Source: an uncultured Actinomycetota bacterium
GTDB taxonomy: Bacteria; Actinomycetota; Actinomycetes; Propionibacteriales; Nocardioidaceae
Length of the DNA: 64,000 nt
Assembly: GCA_963759965.1 (NCBI GenBank)
Contig: CAVXBM010000016.1
Location: forward strand, 65,033-129,032
Direction of reading: 5' to 3'
Part shown: positions 18,445 through 27,515 of the stretch, one piece after another
Layout of the letters: every line of letters begins with the position of its first letter
Position numbering within the stretch: the stretch's first letter is position 1
Made by a program: the position numbers and the translations under genes
Notes under the pieces: generated by a model
Told to the model about the DNA's origin: nothing
What the model saw: the letters and a program-made list of their open reading frames with translations, nothing else
Databases searched by the model: none

Positions 18445-20165
18445 GCGAGCCGGGTGCAGGGAGCTCCGGGACGGGCAGCTCCGTCCTCTCGTCGAGCGCG
18501 GTGATGGCGGCCGGCACCGCGGTGTCCCGGGTCAGTGGCTACGCGCGCTCGCTGCTGCTCGCCGCGGCGCTCGGCACCCAGCTGCACGCCGACGTGTTCA
18601 CCATCGCGAACACCGTGCCGAACATGCTCTACATCCTGCTCGCCGGCGGGGTGTTCAACGCCGTCCTCGTGCCGCAGCTGGTCCGGGCGATGAAGACCGA
18701 CGCGGACGGCGGGGAGGCCTACACCAACCGCATCGTCACGCTCGCGGGCCTCTTCCTGGCCGGCACCACGGCCGTCCTGGTCATCGCGGCGCCTGTGCTG
18801 ATGCGGCTCTACCTCGACGACGCCTTCTTCGGTCCCGGCCTCGCTGCGCAGCGCGACTCCGTCATCGACTTCGCACGGTTCTGCCTTCCGCAGATCTTCT
18901 TCTACGGGATGTTCGTGCTGGTCGGCCAGGTGCTCAACGCCCGCAACAGGTTCGGGCCGATGATGTGGGCGCCGATCGCCAACAACGTCATCTCCGTGGC
19001 GGTGCTGCTCGTCTACCTCGTCAGCTACGGCGCCGCCAGCGGCGACGAGCTCTGCGGCGGCTACGCCCCCGGCCAGGAGTGGCTGCTCGGTCTGGGCTCG
19101 ACCATCGGCATCGTCGCGCAGTTCTGCGTGCTGCTTCCGTACCTGCGGGCGGCCGGCTTCCACTACCGTCCGCGGTTCGACTTCCGCGGCACCGGCCTCG
19201 GGCACACGCTGCAGCTGGGGATCTGGACCCTCGGCTTCGTCATCGTCAACCAGGTCGCGTACACGGTGGTGGTGCGGCTGGCCTCCAGCGGCACGGCGCT
19301 CGCAGTGGCCGGGTGCGGGACGGGGTCCTCCGGGGACGCCGGCACGGGCTACACGATCTACTCCGGCGCCTTCCTGCTGGTGATGGCACCGCACTCGATC
19401 GCGACGGTCTCGCTGGCGACCGCGACCCTGCCGTTGCTGTCCCGGCACGCCGCCGACGGCGACACCGACGGCGTGGCCCGCCAGGTCGCGGCGACGACCC
19501 GCACCGCGCTCGCCCTCATCCTCCCGTTCGCCGCCGTCCTGCCGCTGATCGCGCTGCCCCTGTCCAACATCGTGTGGGGCTACGCCGCCGCCTCGGAGAC
19601 CTACCGCGACTTCGCGGTCTCGCTCGCCCTCTTCGCACCCGGGCTGTTGTTCTTCACCGTCCACTACCTCATGCTCCGCGGCTTCTACTCCCTCGAGCGG
19701 ACCCGGACGGTCTTCTACGTCCAGTGCGTCATCGCGGCCACGAACATCGCGCTCGCGATCGCCGTCACCTCGGCGACCGACCCGCAGGACACCGCCCCGG
19801 GGCTCGTGCTCGCCTACGACGGGTCGTACGCCGTGGGCGCGCTGCTGTCCTACCTGGTGCTCCGCCGGGTCCTGGGCGGCCTCGACACCTCGGTGACGTT
19901 GCGCTTCCTGGTGCGGATGATGATCGCCTCCGCGGTCGCCGCCGGCGTGGCCTGGGCGTTCCGGGCCGGGCTCCTGTCGGTGTGGGAGCTCGGCGACGGC
20001 AAGCTGCAGGCCGTCGTGCTCCTGGTCGGCATCGGGGCGGTCGACCTGGTCGCGCTCCTGCTCCTCGCCCGGGCGATGCGCATCCGTGAGGTCAACGACG
20101 TGGTGAGCCTGGTCACCAGCAGGCTGCCCGGGAGGGCTGCGGGCAGGCGCACCGGCCGCGACTGA
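18441..20165 (+). CDS. murJ: Lipid II flippase MurJ/MviN
   Basis: In-frame GTG within ORF 17181..20165. Contains ..VSRVSGYARSLLLAAALG..ANTVPNMLYILLAGGVFNAVLVPQL.. Multi-pass membrane protein. Confidence 0.9.
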   Translation: MSEPGAGSSGTGSSVLSSSAVMAAGTAVSRVSGYARSLLLAAALGTQLHADVFTIANTVPNMLYILLAGGVFNAVLVPQLVRAMKTDADGGEAYTNRIVTLAGLFLAGTTAVLVIAAPVLMRLYLDDAFFGPGLAAQRDSVIDFARFCLPQIFFYGMFVLVGQVLNARNRFGPMMWAPIANNVISVAVLLVYLVSYGAASGDELCGGYAPGQEWLLGLGSTIGIVAQFCVLLPYLRAAGFHYRPRFDFRGTGLGHTLQLGIWTLGFVIVNQVAYTVVVRLASSGTALAVAGCGTGSSGDAGTGYTIYSGAFLLVMAPHSIATVSLATATLPLLSRHAADGDTDGVARQVAATTRTALALILPFAAVLPLIALPLSNIVWGYAAASETYRDFAVSLALFAPGLLFFTVHYLMLRGFYSLERTRTVFYVQCVIAATNIALAIAVTSATDPQDTAPGLVLAYDGSYAVGALLSYLVLRRVLGGLDTSVTLRFLVRMMIASAVAAGVAWAFRAGLLSVWELGDGKLQAVVLLVGIGAVDLVALLLLARAMRIREVNDVVSLVTSRLPGRAAGRRTGRD

Positions 20166-20254
20166 GTTCGTCGTACTCTCGCGCCCGACCTCGGGGGAGC
20201 CCTTGCTGCACCTACGATGGAGGGCGACCGAGCCGAGTCTGCGACGGGAGCCGT

Positions 20255-22150
20255 GTGGCACACCAGGCCATCGGGCCAGGGAGCGTGGTCGCTTCCCGGT
20301 TCCGTCTTGAGGACCTGCTGGACGAGCACTCCGGTGCCAGGTTCTGGCGTGCTACCGACCTCACGCTCGCGCGCAACGTGGCCATCCACATCGTCTCCGT
20401 CGACGACCCGCGGGCCGCAGCCCTGCTCACCGCCGCGAGGACCTCGGCGACCGTGGCCGACGCGCACCTGCTGCGCGTCCTCGACGCCGTGGAGGAGGGC
20501 GACCTCGTGCACGTGGTGCACGAATGGGGCTCGGGCGTCTCGCTGGACCGGATGCTGTCCGAGGAGACCCTCGACCCGCGTCGCGCCGCCTGGCTGGTCC
20601 GCGAGGTCGCCGAGGCGCTCACCGTCGCGCACCGCCACGGCATCGCCCACGGGCGGCTGCTCCCCGAGAACGTGATGGTCACCGACGCCGGCGCCGTGAA
20701 GCTCATCGGCTTCGTGGTCGACGCCGTGCTGCACGGCCGTCAGCACCGGCCCACCGACACGCTCCCTGCTCCCACCGAGCACGAGTCCGACGTGCTCAAC
20801 CTCGGCGCGCTGCTCTACGCCGCCCTCACCGGCAAGTGGGCGGGCTTCCCGGAGTCGGTCCTCCCCGACGCCCCCTTCGACCACACCCACGTCTACCGCC
20901 CCCGCCGGGTCCGGGCAGGCATCCCGAAGGCCCTCGACGCGCTGTGCGACGAGATCCTCAACGGCGACCCGCACGCCCACGGCCCCCTCGAGAGCGCGGC
21001 CGGGATCGCTGCGGCCCTCGGGGAGTTCCTCGGCGAGGGGCCCGGTCCCGCGTTCGCGCTGACCTCACCCGACGCGTTCCTCGACCTCGACGCCGTCGAG
21101 CGCCCGACGGCTCCCGGCACCCTCGGCTCGTTCGACGGCATCCCCGACCCGGAGGCCACCCAGGCGGGCGTGCCGATGTGGACCGACCACGGCACCGGTC
21201 GTGCGGTGACCGACGACGCCTCGGATGACGACAGCGAGGACACCGCCGACCACAGCGACCTCCAGGCCACCCAGGCCGCGCCGGTGGTGGCTCGGGCCAC
21301 TCCCCGCGACGACGCCGACGTCGAGACGACGCGGCGCAGCCCCGTGGTCGCCCCGGTGTCTCCCGAGTCCGGCACTGACCCCGACCCGGCCCCCGAGTCC
21401 GGCACCGACACGGACCGGCACCGGGTGCTGGGCACGGGCATGGGCGGCGGTGTGGTGCCGCCGTACTGGGGGCCGGACTCGCCGGAGGACTCGGGCACCT
21501 GGCCGGCGCAGGACCAGCACACGGACGCACCTGGCTCGACGTGGTTGCGCCTGGGCGTGCTGGTGGGCGCGATCGTGCTGGTCGTGCTCGCCGCGATCGT
21601 CGCGCTCAGCCTGGCCGGGCGCGACATCGTCCCGGGGACCGGTGGTGACTCCGACGAGCCGACGACCAGCCCCTCCCCCGCACCCACACCCGTGCAGGCG
21701 ACGGTGAGCGACTTCGACCCGTCCGACCAGTCCGGGTCGGGCCCGTCGGAGAACCCCGAGCTCGTCCCGCTGGCCACCGACGGCGACAAGTCCACGGCCT
21801 GGACGACGTCGCAGTACTTCGACGGGCCGAAGCTCGCGCCGTACAAGCCCGGGGTGGGTCTCCTCCTCGACCTCGGCGACGACGTGGCCGTCACCGACGT
21901 GGTCACCGATCTCGTCGGGCAGGGGTACTCCGTGCAGCTGCTTGCGGCACCGGAAGGCACCACCGCGGCGCCGACGTCCACCGAGGGCCTCACCACGGTC
22001 ACGAGCCGCCAGGGCGTCGGGGGCCGCGTCGTCCTCGCCGGCGACGAGCCGGTGACCACCCGCTACCTCGTGCTGTGGCTGACCGCCCTCCCGGAGACGT
22101 CCAGCGGACGCTTCCAGGGCTCCGTGGCCGAGGTCGCCGCCCGGTCGTGA
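20255..22150 (+). CDS. Membrane pseudokinase with an extracellular discoidin-like domain (equivalent to the C-terminal part of mycobacterial MviN/Rv3910)
   Basis: Kinase-like fold with degenerate catalytic motifs (HRHGIAHGRLLPEN instead of HRD..N; LIGFVVD instead of DFG). One TM segment (LRLGVLVGAIVLVVLAAIVAL). C-terminus contains ..ATDGDKSTAWTTSQYF... Confidence 0.8.
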   Translation: MAHQAIGPGSVVASRFRLEDLLDEHSGARFWRATDLTLARNVAIHIVSVDDPRAAALLTAARTSATVADAHLLRVLDAVEEGDLVHVVHEWGSGVSLDRMLSEETLDPRRAAWLVREVAEALTVAHRHGIAHGRLLPENVMVTDAGAVKLIGFVVDAVLHGRQHRPTDTLPAPTEHESDVLNLGALLYAALTGKWAGFPESVLPDAPFDHTHVYRPRRVRAGIPKALDALCDEILNGDPHAHGPLESAAGIAAALGEFLGEGPGPAFALTSPDAFLDLDAVERPTAPGTLGSFDGIPDPEATQAGVPMWTDHGTGRAVTDDASDDDSEDTADHSDLQATQAAPVVARATPRDDADVETTRRSPVVAPVSPESGTDPDPAPESGTDTDRHRVLGTGMGGGVVPPYWGPDSPEDSGTWPAQDQHTDAPGSTWLRLGVLVGAIVLVVLAAIVALSLAGRDIVPGTGGDSDEPTTSPSPAPTPVQATVSDFDPSDQSGSGPSENPELVPLATDGDKSTAWTTSQYFDGPKLAPYKPGVGLLLDLGDDVAVTDVVTDLVGQGYSVQLLAAPEGTTAAPTSTEGLTTVTSRQGVGGRVVLAGDEPVTTRYLVLWLTALPETSSGRFQGSVAEVAARS

Positions 22151-22842
22151 GCGCTCCCGACGGCGACGACCGCGACGACCGCGCCCTGCTCCGCGCGCAC
22201 GTCGACGGCGACGCAGCGGCGTTCGGGATCCTCTTCGGCCGGCACCGCGACCGGCTGTGGGCCGTCGCCCTGCGCACGTGCGGCGACCCGGAGGACGCGG
22301 CCGACGCGCTCCAGGAGGGCATGATCGCCGCCTTCCGTCGCGCCGGCTCGTTCCGCGGCGACGCAGCCGTCACCACCTGGCTGCACCGCGTCGTCGTCAA
22401 CGCCTCGCTCGACCGGCTCCGTCGCAAGAAGGTCCGTGCAGCGGACGCGCTCCCCGACGACCTCGACGACCACGCCAGCCGTGGGTCCACCCTGACCAGC
22501 AGCAGCGACGACGAGGACCCGGTGCTGCGCAGCGAGCGGGCGGAGGTTCAGCAGCAGGTGCTCGCGGCGCTGCGCGAGCTCCCCGAGGAGCAGCGGGCCG
22601 CCCTCGTGCTGGTCGACATGGAGGGCTACTCCGTCGAGGACACCGCCGCGATCCTCGGCGTCGCCGTCGGGACGGTGAAGAGCCGGTGCTCGCGAGGACG
22701 GGCGCGCCTCGCGCCGCTGCTGTCGGCGTTGCGTACGTCACGTGCGAGCCCGCCCGGGAACGCTGACGGCGCTGCGCGCGTCCCACCTGAGCACCCCGAC
22801 GACCCCGCGAGCCCCGACCCCGGAGGAGGTGAGCACCCATGA
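22147..22842 (+). CDS. sigM: ECF RNA polymerase sigma factor (SigM-like)
   Basis: The GTG overlaps the upstream stop (GTGA). Region 2 is DAADALQEGMIAAFR..WLHRVVVNASLD. Region 4 is EEQRAALVLVDMEGYSVEDTAAILGVAVGTVKSRCSRGRARL. Confidence 0.85.
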   Translation: MSAPDGDDRDDRALLRAHVDGDAAAFGILFGRHRDRLWAVALRTCGDPEDAADALQEGMIAAFRRAGSFRGDAAVTTWLHRVVVNASLDRLRRKKVRAADALPDDLDDHASRGSTLTSSSDDEDPVLRSERAEVQQQVLAALRELPEEQRAALVLVDMEGYSVEDTAAILGVAVGTVKSRCSRGRARLAPLLSALRTSRASPPGNADGAARVPPEHPDDPASPDPGGGEHP

Positions 22843-23612
22843 CCGACGACCACGACGAGACCCCGCAGCCCCAGGACCTCTCCCCCGAGGAGGAGGCCGA
22901 GGTGCGCCGCCTCCTGACCGAGGCGGGCGGCCCGCTGACGACCCCCGCCGACGTCGTCGCCCGGCTCGACGAGACACTCGCCGGGCTCGTCGCCGAGCGC
23001 GTCCAGGAGGCCGACGGTGACGGGCCGCCCGCGACCGTGACCCACCTCGCCACCCGTCGGCGGCGCTGGCCGACCGCACTCCTGGCGGCCGCAGCCGTCG
23101 TCGTGGTCGGCTACGGCCTCGGCAACGTGGTGAACGGCGACATGGCGGGCAGCGACGCGGGGTCCGCCGGCGGCGGGTCCGCCGACAGTGCGGAGTCCGA
23201 ACCCGAGGCGGCCGCCGACGACGCCGGTGGCGGCGACAACCTCGCCGCCCTCCCCCGCGACGGTGAGCTGACCTACAGCAGCACCCCGAGGCTCCGCCTC
23301 TCGTCCGACGACTTCGACGCCGGGGTACGGAGGGCCGTCGGCAACGCTGACGACGTGAGCCTGACGGACGACACCTCAGGGCAGGCCGCGAGCCAGAACG
23401 CACGCAAGCAGGAGCTCCGGAAGCTGCGGTCGGCCCTCGGCCGCTGCGCCGAGCCGCCGTCCGAGCGCCGGGACCGGTGGTTCGTGGTCCGTTACGACGG
23501 CAAGGTGGCCACGCTCGTCGTCGGGCCGCGCCGCCAGGGCGCCGTCGACGCGCGCGTGTACAGCTGTGACGGCACCACGCTCCTCCGCGCCAGCACCGTC
23601 GACCTCGACTGA
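22839..23612 (+). CDS. Anti-sigma factor (single-pass membrane protein)
   Basis: ATGA overlap with the sigma gene. One TM segment (WPTALLAAAAVVVVGYGLGNVV). Position matches Rv3912. Confidence 0.7.
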   Translation: MTDDHDETPQPQDLSPEEEAEVRRLLTEAGGPLTTPADVVARLDETLAGLVAERVQEADGDGPPATVTHLATRRRRWPTALLAAAAVVVVGYGLGNVVNGDMAGSDAGSAGGGSADSAESEPEAAADDAGGGDNLAALPRDGELTYSSTPRLRLSSDDFDAGVRRAVGNADDVSLTDDTSGQAASQNARKQELRKLRSALGRCAEPPSERRDRWFVVRYDGKVATLVVGPRRQGAVDARVYSCDGTTLLRASTVDLD

Positions 23613-23637
23613 CGGGTCCCGGCGCGCACGTGGCCCG

Positions 23638-23664
23638 GGAATGCGGGGGCACCTAGGATCTGTT
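23638..23664 (+). promoter_or_regulatory. Candidate SigR/SigH-type promoter (GGAAT-N19-GTT) upstream of trxB-trxA
   Basis: GGAAT at 23638-42 and GTT at 23662-64, about 95 nt upstream of the trxB ATG. Confidence 0.45.
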
Positions 23665-23759
23665 GACCAGACAGTGGTTCAGCGGCCCTGGCCGCCCCGA
23701 GCGCACCGCGTGTCCCGGGAGCCACACCAGTTCCACCCATCGTCGTGAGAAGGGTTTCC

Positions 23760-24767
23760 ATGGCCACCGACGTCCGTCAGGTCATCATCATCGGCTCGGG
23801 TCCGGCCGGCTACACCGCCGCCGTCTACGCCGCCCGCGCCAGCCTCCACCCGCTGCAGTTCGAGGGTGCCGTCACCGCCGGTGGCGCGCTCATGAACACC
23901 ACGGAGGTCGAGAACTTCCCCGGTTTCCGCGACGGGATCATGGGTCCCCAGCTCATGGACGAGATGCGCGCCCAGGCCGAGCGCTTCGGCGCCGAGATCG
24001 TCACCGACGACGTCACGGAGGTCGACCTGACCGGTGACGTCAAGCGGGTGGTCGACGGCGACGGCAACGAGCACTTCGCGCACACCGTCATCCTGGCCAC
24101 CGGCTCGGGCTACAAGAAGCTCGACATCCCCGACGAGGACCGGCTGTCCGGTCACGGCGTCTCGTGGTGCGCCACCTGTGACGGGTTCTTCTTCCGCGAG
24201 CAGGAGATCGCCGTGGTCGGCGGAGGCGACTCCGCCGTCGAGGAGGCCACCTTCCTCACGCGCTTCGCGAAGAAGGTGTACCTCATCCACCGCCGCGACG
24301 AGCTGCGCGCCTCGAAGATCATGCAGGAGCGCGCGTTCGCCGACGAGAAGCTCGAGATGGTCTGGAACAGCACCGTCTCCGCGCTGCAGGGCGACGAGAA
24401 GCTGAGCTCGGTCACGCTGACCGACACGGTGAACGGCGCGACCCGGCAGCTTCCGGTGACCGGCCTCTTCATCGCGATCGGCCACGACCCGCGCTCGGAG
24501 CTGCTGACCGGCCAGGTCGACCTCGACGACGACGGCTACGTCCTCGTGGACCACCCGTCGACGAAGACCAACCTCAAGGGGGTCTTCGCGGCCGGCGACC
24601 TCGTCGACCACCACTACCGCCAGGCCATCACCGCGGCAGGCACCGGCTGCGCCGCCGCGCTGGACGCCGAGAAGTACCTCGCGATGCTGCACCACGCCGG
24701 CATCGTCGAGCACGACCCGGCGCACAGCGGCGCGAACGCGTCGCAGACCGAGCCCGCCGCGGTCTGA
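23760..24767 (+). CDS. trxB: Thioredoxin-disulfide reductase
   Basis: [21 protein letters not shown].. with the redox centre CATCDG. GAGAAGGG lies upstream of ATG 23760. Confidence 0.92.
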   Translation: MATDVRQVIIIGSGPAGYTAAVYAARASLHPLQFEGAVTAGGALMNTTEVENFPGFRDGIMGPQLMDEMRAQAERFGAEIVTDDVTEVDLTGDVKRVVDGDGNEHFAHTVILATGSGYKKLDIPDEDRLSGHGVSWCATCDGFFFREQEIAVVGGGDSAVEEATFLTRFAKKVYLIHRRDELRASKIMQERAFADEKLEMVWNSTVSALQGDEKLSSVTLTDTVNGATRQLPVTGLFIAIGHDPRSELLTGQVDLDDDGYVLVDHPSTKTNLKGVFAAGDLVDHHYRQAITAAGTGCAAALDAEKYLAMLHHAGIVEHDPAHSGANASQTEPAAV

Positions 24768-24867
24768 CCACCGGGACGACCGGGCGGCAGGAACAAACTG
24801 TCCGTCCCCTGGTGTTCACTGGACAGACGCCGACCCCCCTCCACCCTGCAACCGAACGGAGCTCCCT

Positions 24868-25194
24868 GTGGGCGACATGAAGGCCGTGACCGACGCCGAC
24901 TTCGAGACCGAGGTGCTCAAGTCAGACAAGCCCGTCCTCGTGGACTTCTGGGCCGAGTGGTGCGGACCGTGCCGCCAGGTCGCGCCGATCCTCCAGGAGC
25001 TCGACAAGGAGCACGGCGACAAGATCACGTTCGTGAAGATGAACGTCGACGAGAACCCCGTGGTGCCCTCGACGTACCGCGTGGCCGGCATCCCGACGAT
25101 CAACGTCTACCACAACGGCGAGGTCGTGAAGCAGATCGTCGGCGCCCGCCCGAAGTCGGCGATCCTCAAGGAGATCGCCGAGTTCATCGACTGA
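24868..25194 (+). CDS. trxA: Thioredoxin
   Basis: 108 aa with the WCGPC active site. Confidence 0.92.
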   Translation: MGDMKAVTDADFETEVLKSDKPVLVDFWAEWCGPCRQVAPILQELDKEHGDKITFVKMNVDENPVVPSTYRVAGIPTINVYHNGEVVKQIVGARPKSAILKEIAEFID

Positions 25195-25248
25195 TCCGAC
25201 ACAGGTCGGCAGCCCGACGCAACCTGCGGGCGCCCTGTGACGTCTCAC

Positions 25249-25282
25249 CATCGGGACCAACCCAGAGGGGTCGGTCCCGATG
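25249..25282 (+). terminator. Intrinsic terminator-like hairpin after trxA
   Basis: CATCGGGACC ... GGTCCCGATG forms a perfect 10-bp stem, followed by GCGCTTTCC. Confidence 0.6.
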
Positions 25283-25379
25283 GCGCTTTCCGGCCCCGTC
25301 CGGGGCTTGAGGTGCTGGGCCGACCCGGGCACGATGCAAGGACTCGGACCACCCCCGCGCACGAGCCAGGAGGACGTCG

Positions 25380-26537
25380 ATGCCCGACCCCGCCACCGCT
25401 CCCGCTGCCTTCCGGCTCGGTGACCGCGGCGAGGTGGTCGCCGACATCCGGGAGCGGCTCGGCCGGCTCGAGCTCCTCGAGGACGCGCTCGGCTCCGACG
25501 AGTACGACGCGGCCGTGGAGCGCGCAGTGCGCGCCTTCCAGCAGCAGCGGGGGCTCACCGCCGACGGGATCGTGGGCCGGGCCACCTGGCGCGCGCTCGA
25601 CGAGGCCAGCTGGCGCCTCGGCGACCGGGTGCTGGTGCACCTCCCGGGCACCTGGCAGACCGGTGACGACGTGATCTCGCTGCAGCGACGTCTGCTCGAC
25701 CTCGGCTTCAAGACCGGCCGCGTCGACGGCCGCTTCGGTCCGGTGACCGAGGGTGCCGTCCAGGAGTTCCAGCGCAACATCGGCATCCCGCCCGACGGCA
25801 CCTGCGGCCCGGCCACCCTGAAGGCCCTGAGCCGGCTCGCCCCCATGGTCAAGGGCGGCAGCCCCAACGCGATGCGGGCCGAGGAGCGGATCCGCCGCGA
25901 GGGCCCCCACCTCACGGGCAAGATCGTCGTGATCGATGCGTCCGCCCCGACCGTGGAAGACCCCTCGCTGCGCGAGCTGGCCGACAGCGTCACCACCGAC
26001 CTGGCCCGCCGGGTCGAGGGCCGCCTGGTGGCCACCGGGGTCCAGGCCTACCTCACCCGCGCCAGGCCCGCCGACACCGACGACACCACCCAGGTGGCCG
26101 ACTTCGCCAACCGCGCCGGCGCGCACCTGTGCATCTCCCTCCAGGTCGACGCCTCCGAGCGCCCCACCACCCGCGGCGTCTCGACGTACTACTACGGCAT
26201 CGAGGCCCACGGCGTCCGCTCCTGGGTCGGCGAGCGCTTCGCCGGCCTCGTCCAGCGCGAGATCGTGGCCCGCACCGACCTCCCCGACCTCCGCAGCCAC
26301 GCCCGCTCCTGGGAGCTCCTCCGCCTCACCCAGATGCCCGCCGTCTGCGTCGAGGTCGGCTACGTCACCAACCCCGACGACGCCGCCCGCCTCGCCGACC
26401 CCGCCTTCCGCGACGTCGTCGCCGAGGCCATCGTCATCGCCGTCCAGCGCCTCTACCTCGCCCCCGAGTCCGACCCCCACACCGGCGTCCTCCGCATCGA
26501 CCAGATCCGCGCCCTCCGCCACCTCCCCCAGCCCTAG
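25380..26537 (+). CDS. cwlM: N-acetylmuramoyl-L-alanine amidase-like regulator CwlM (two PG-binding repeats + Amidase_3)
   Basis: LGDRGEVVADIRERLGRL and TGDDVISLQRRLLDLGF repeats precede the amidase_3 domain. Position matches Rv3915. Confidence 0.85.
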   Translation: MPDPATAPAAFRLGDRGEVVADIRERLGRLELLEDALGSDEYDAAVERAVRAFQQQRGLTADGIVGRATWRALDEASWRLGDRVLVHLPGTWQTGDDVISLQRRLLDLGFKTGRVDGRFGPVTEGAVQEFQRNIGIPPDGTCGPATLKALSRLAPMVKGGSPNAMRAEERIRREGPHLTGKIVVIDASAPTVEDPSLRELADSVTTDLARRVEGRLVATGVQAYLTRARPADTDDTTQVADFANRAGAHLCISLQVDASERPTTRGVSTYYYGIEAHGVRSWVGERFAGLVQREIVARTDLPDLRSHARSWELLRLTQMPAVCVEVGYVTNPDDAARLADPAFRDVVAEAIVIAVQRLYLAPESDPHTGVLRIDQIRALRHLPQP

Positions 26538-26610
26538 AGCGCCGAGGAGCGCCCGCCGAGTCCGATCGGTGGCGACCTGAGCGCAAAGGTGCGGCGCCGG
26601 ACGGGGCCTG

Positions 26611-26700
26611 CCCGGGCAGGCTAAAAGAGGCGTGGACGGCGTAGCGAGACGCAAGCAGGCAGAGAGCGACCGGCCGACACGGCGACATGTCCTGCCCGGG
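26611..26700 (+). repeat. Structured intergenic repeat, copy 1 (candidate ncRNA/REP-like element)
   Basis: Stem CCCGGGCAGG/CCTGCCCGGG encloses invariant blocks CTAAAAGAGGCGTGGACGGCGT and ACCGGCCGACACGGCGACATGT. See findings. Confidence 0.8.
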
Positions 26701-26774
26701 TAGGTCACGGCAGGTGCCGCGCCGTGGTGACCACGGCGACCGGGCGTGGTCTCGACGGGCGTTCCTCGGCTAGC

Positions 26775-26826
26775 GCCTCGTCACTGCTCGACCAACGTGG
26801 GCGGCCTCGTCACTGCTCGACCAACG
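26775..26826. repeat. Two direct 23-nt repeats (period 29 nt) just downstream of the GNAT stop
   Basis: GCCTCGTCACTGCTCGACCAACG occurs at 26775-26797 and 26804-26826. Confidence 0.85.
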
Positions 26827-26830
26827 ACAC

Positions 26831-27478
26831 CTACTGCAACGACCAACGGGCTTGGCGTTGAGCGGCCGGCGCGGTCCGACCCGGCCGGACGACTCCGAGC
26901 AGCCGCTCCAACGCCGACTCGACCTCTTCCCTCCACGTCAGCACCGACCGCAGCTCCAACCGCATCCGCGGATGCCGCGCATGCCCGCGCACGGTCCGGA
27001 ACCCCACCCGCTGCAGGAACTCCACCGGCAACGGACACCCCTCGGTCGGCCCACCCACGACCCCCACGCACTCCACGGCCTTGATCCCACCCCGCTGCAG
27101 GAGGTCCTTGACCATCACCTGCATCAGCACCCGTCCGAGACCCGCACCCTGGAACCCCTCGAAGACCTGTGCGGTCGCCAGCTGCACGGCGTCCTCGCCG
27201 AGGGGCGCGGAGGGGTACGACGCGGTGCCGGCGAAGAAGGAGACGGGGCCGTAGAGCACGAACCCGGCAGCCTCGTCGTCGACGTACGCCACCCTCCCGC
27301 ACGAGCCCCACTCGAGGAGCGTGTGCGAGAGCCAGGCCTCCTTCTCGGCGACCGAGGCGCCGGCACGCTCGACACGAGCCCGCTCGACGGGGTCGAGCTC
27401 CCAGTGGAGGCAGCTTCTGACGTCGTCGGGCAGGTCCGCCAGGGTGTCCACCGTGAGTCGGGACAGGCGTCGAGCCAT
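26831..27478 (-). CDS. GNAT family N-acetyltransferase (Rv3916c-position)
   Basis: ATG 27478 (MARRLSRLTVDTL..). Acetyl-CoA motif FQGAGLGRVLMQ. Confidence 0.75.
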   Translation of the reverse strand: MARRLSRLTVDTLADLPDDVRSCLHWELDPVERARVERAGASVAEKEAWLSHTLLEWGSCGRVAYVDDEAAGFVLYGPVSFFAGTASYPSAPLGEDAVQLATAQVFEGFQGAGLGRVLMQVMVKDLLQRGGIKAVECVGVVGGPTEGCPLPVEFLQRVGFRTVRGHARHPRMRLELRSVLTWREEVESALERLLGVVRPGRTAPAAQRQARWSLQ

Positions 27479-27515
27479 ACCATGAGGGTAATCACCCACC
27501 AGGAGCGCAAGCCAC

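Noticed and set aside
26434-26688. Possible conserved micro-protein MSPCRPVA.C..AS..AVHASFSL encoded on the reverse strand of all three repeat copies
   Set aside because: The ATG sits only 2 nt after the GAGG, which is poor SD spacing. There is no conserved stop: the frame runs on for 84, 356 and >100 codons into unrelated sequence. The conserved stretches coincide with the invariant nucleotide blocks, and the covarying stem is better explained by structure. It is not fully excluded, so Ribo-seq would settle it.
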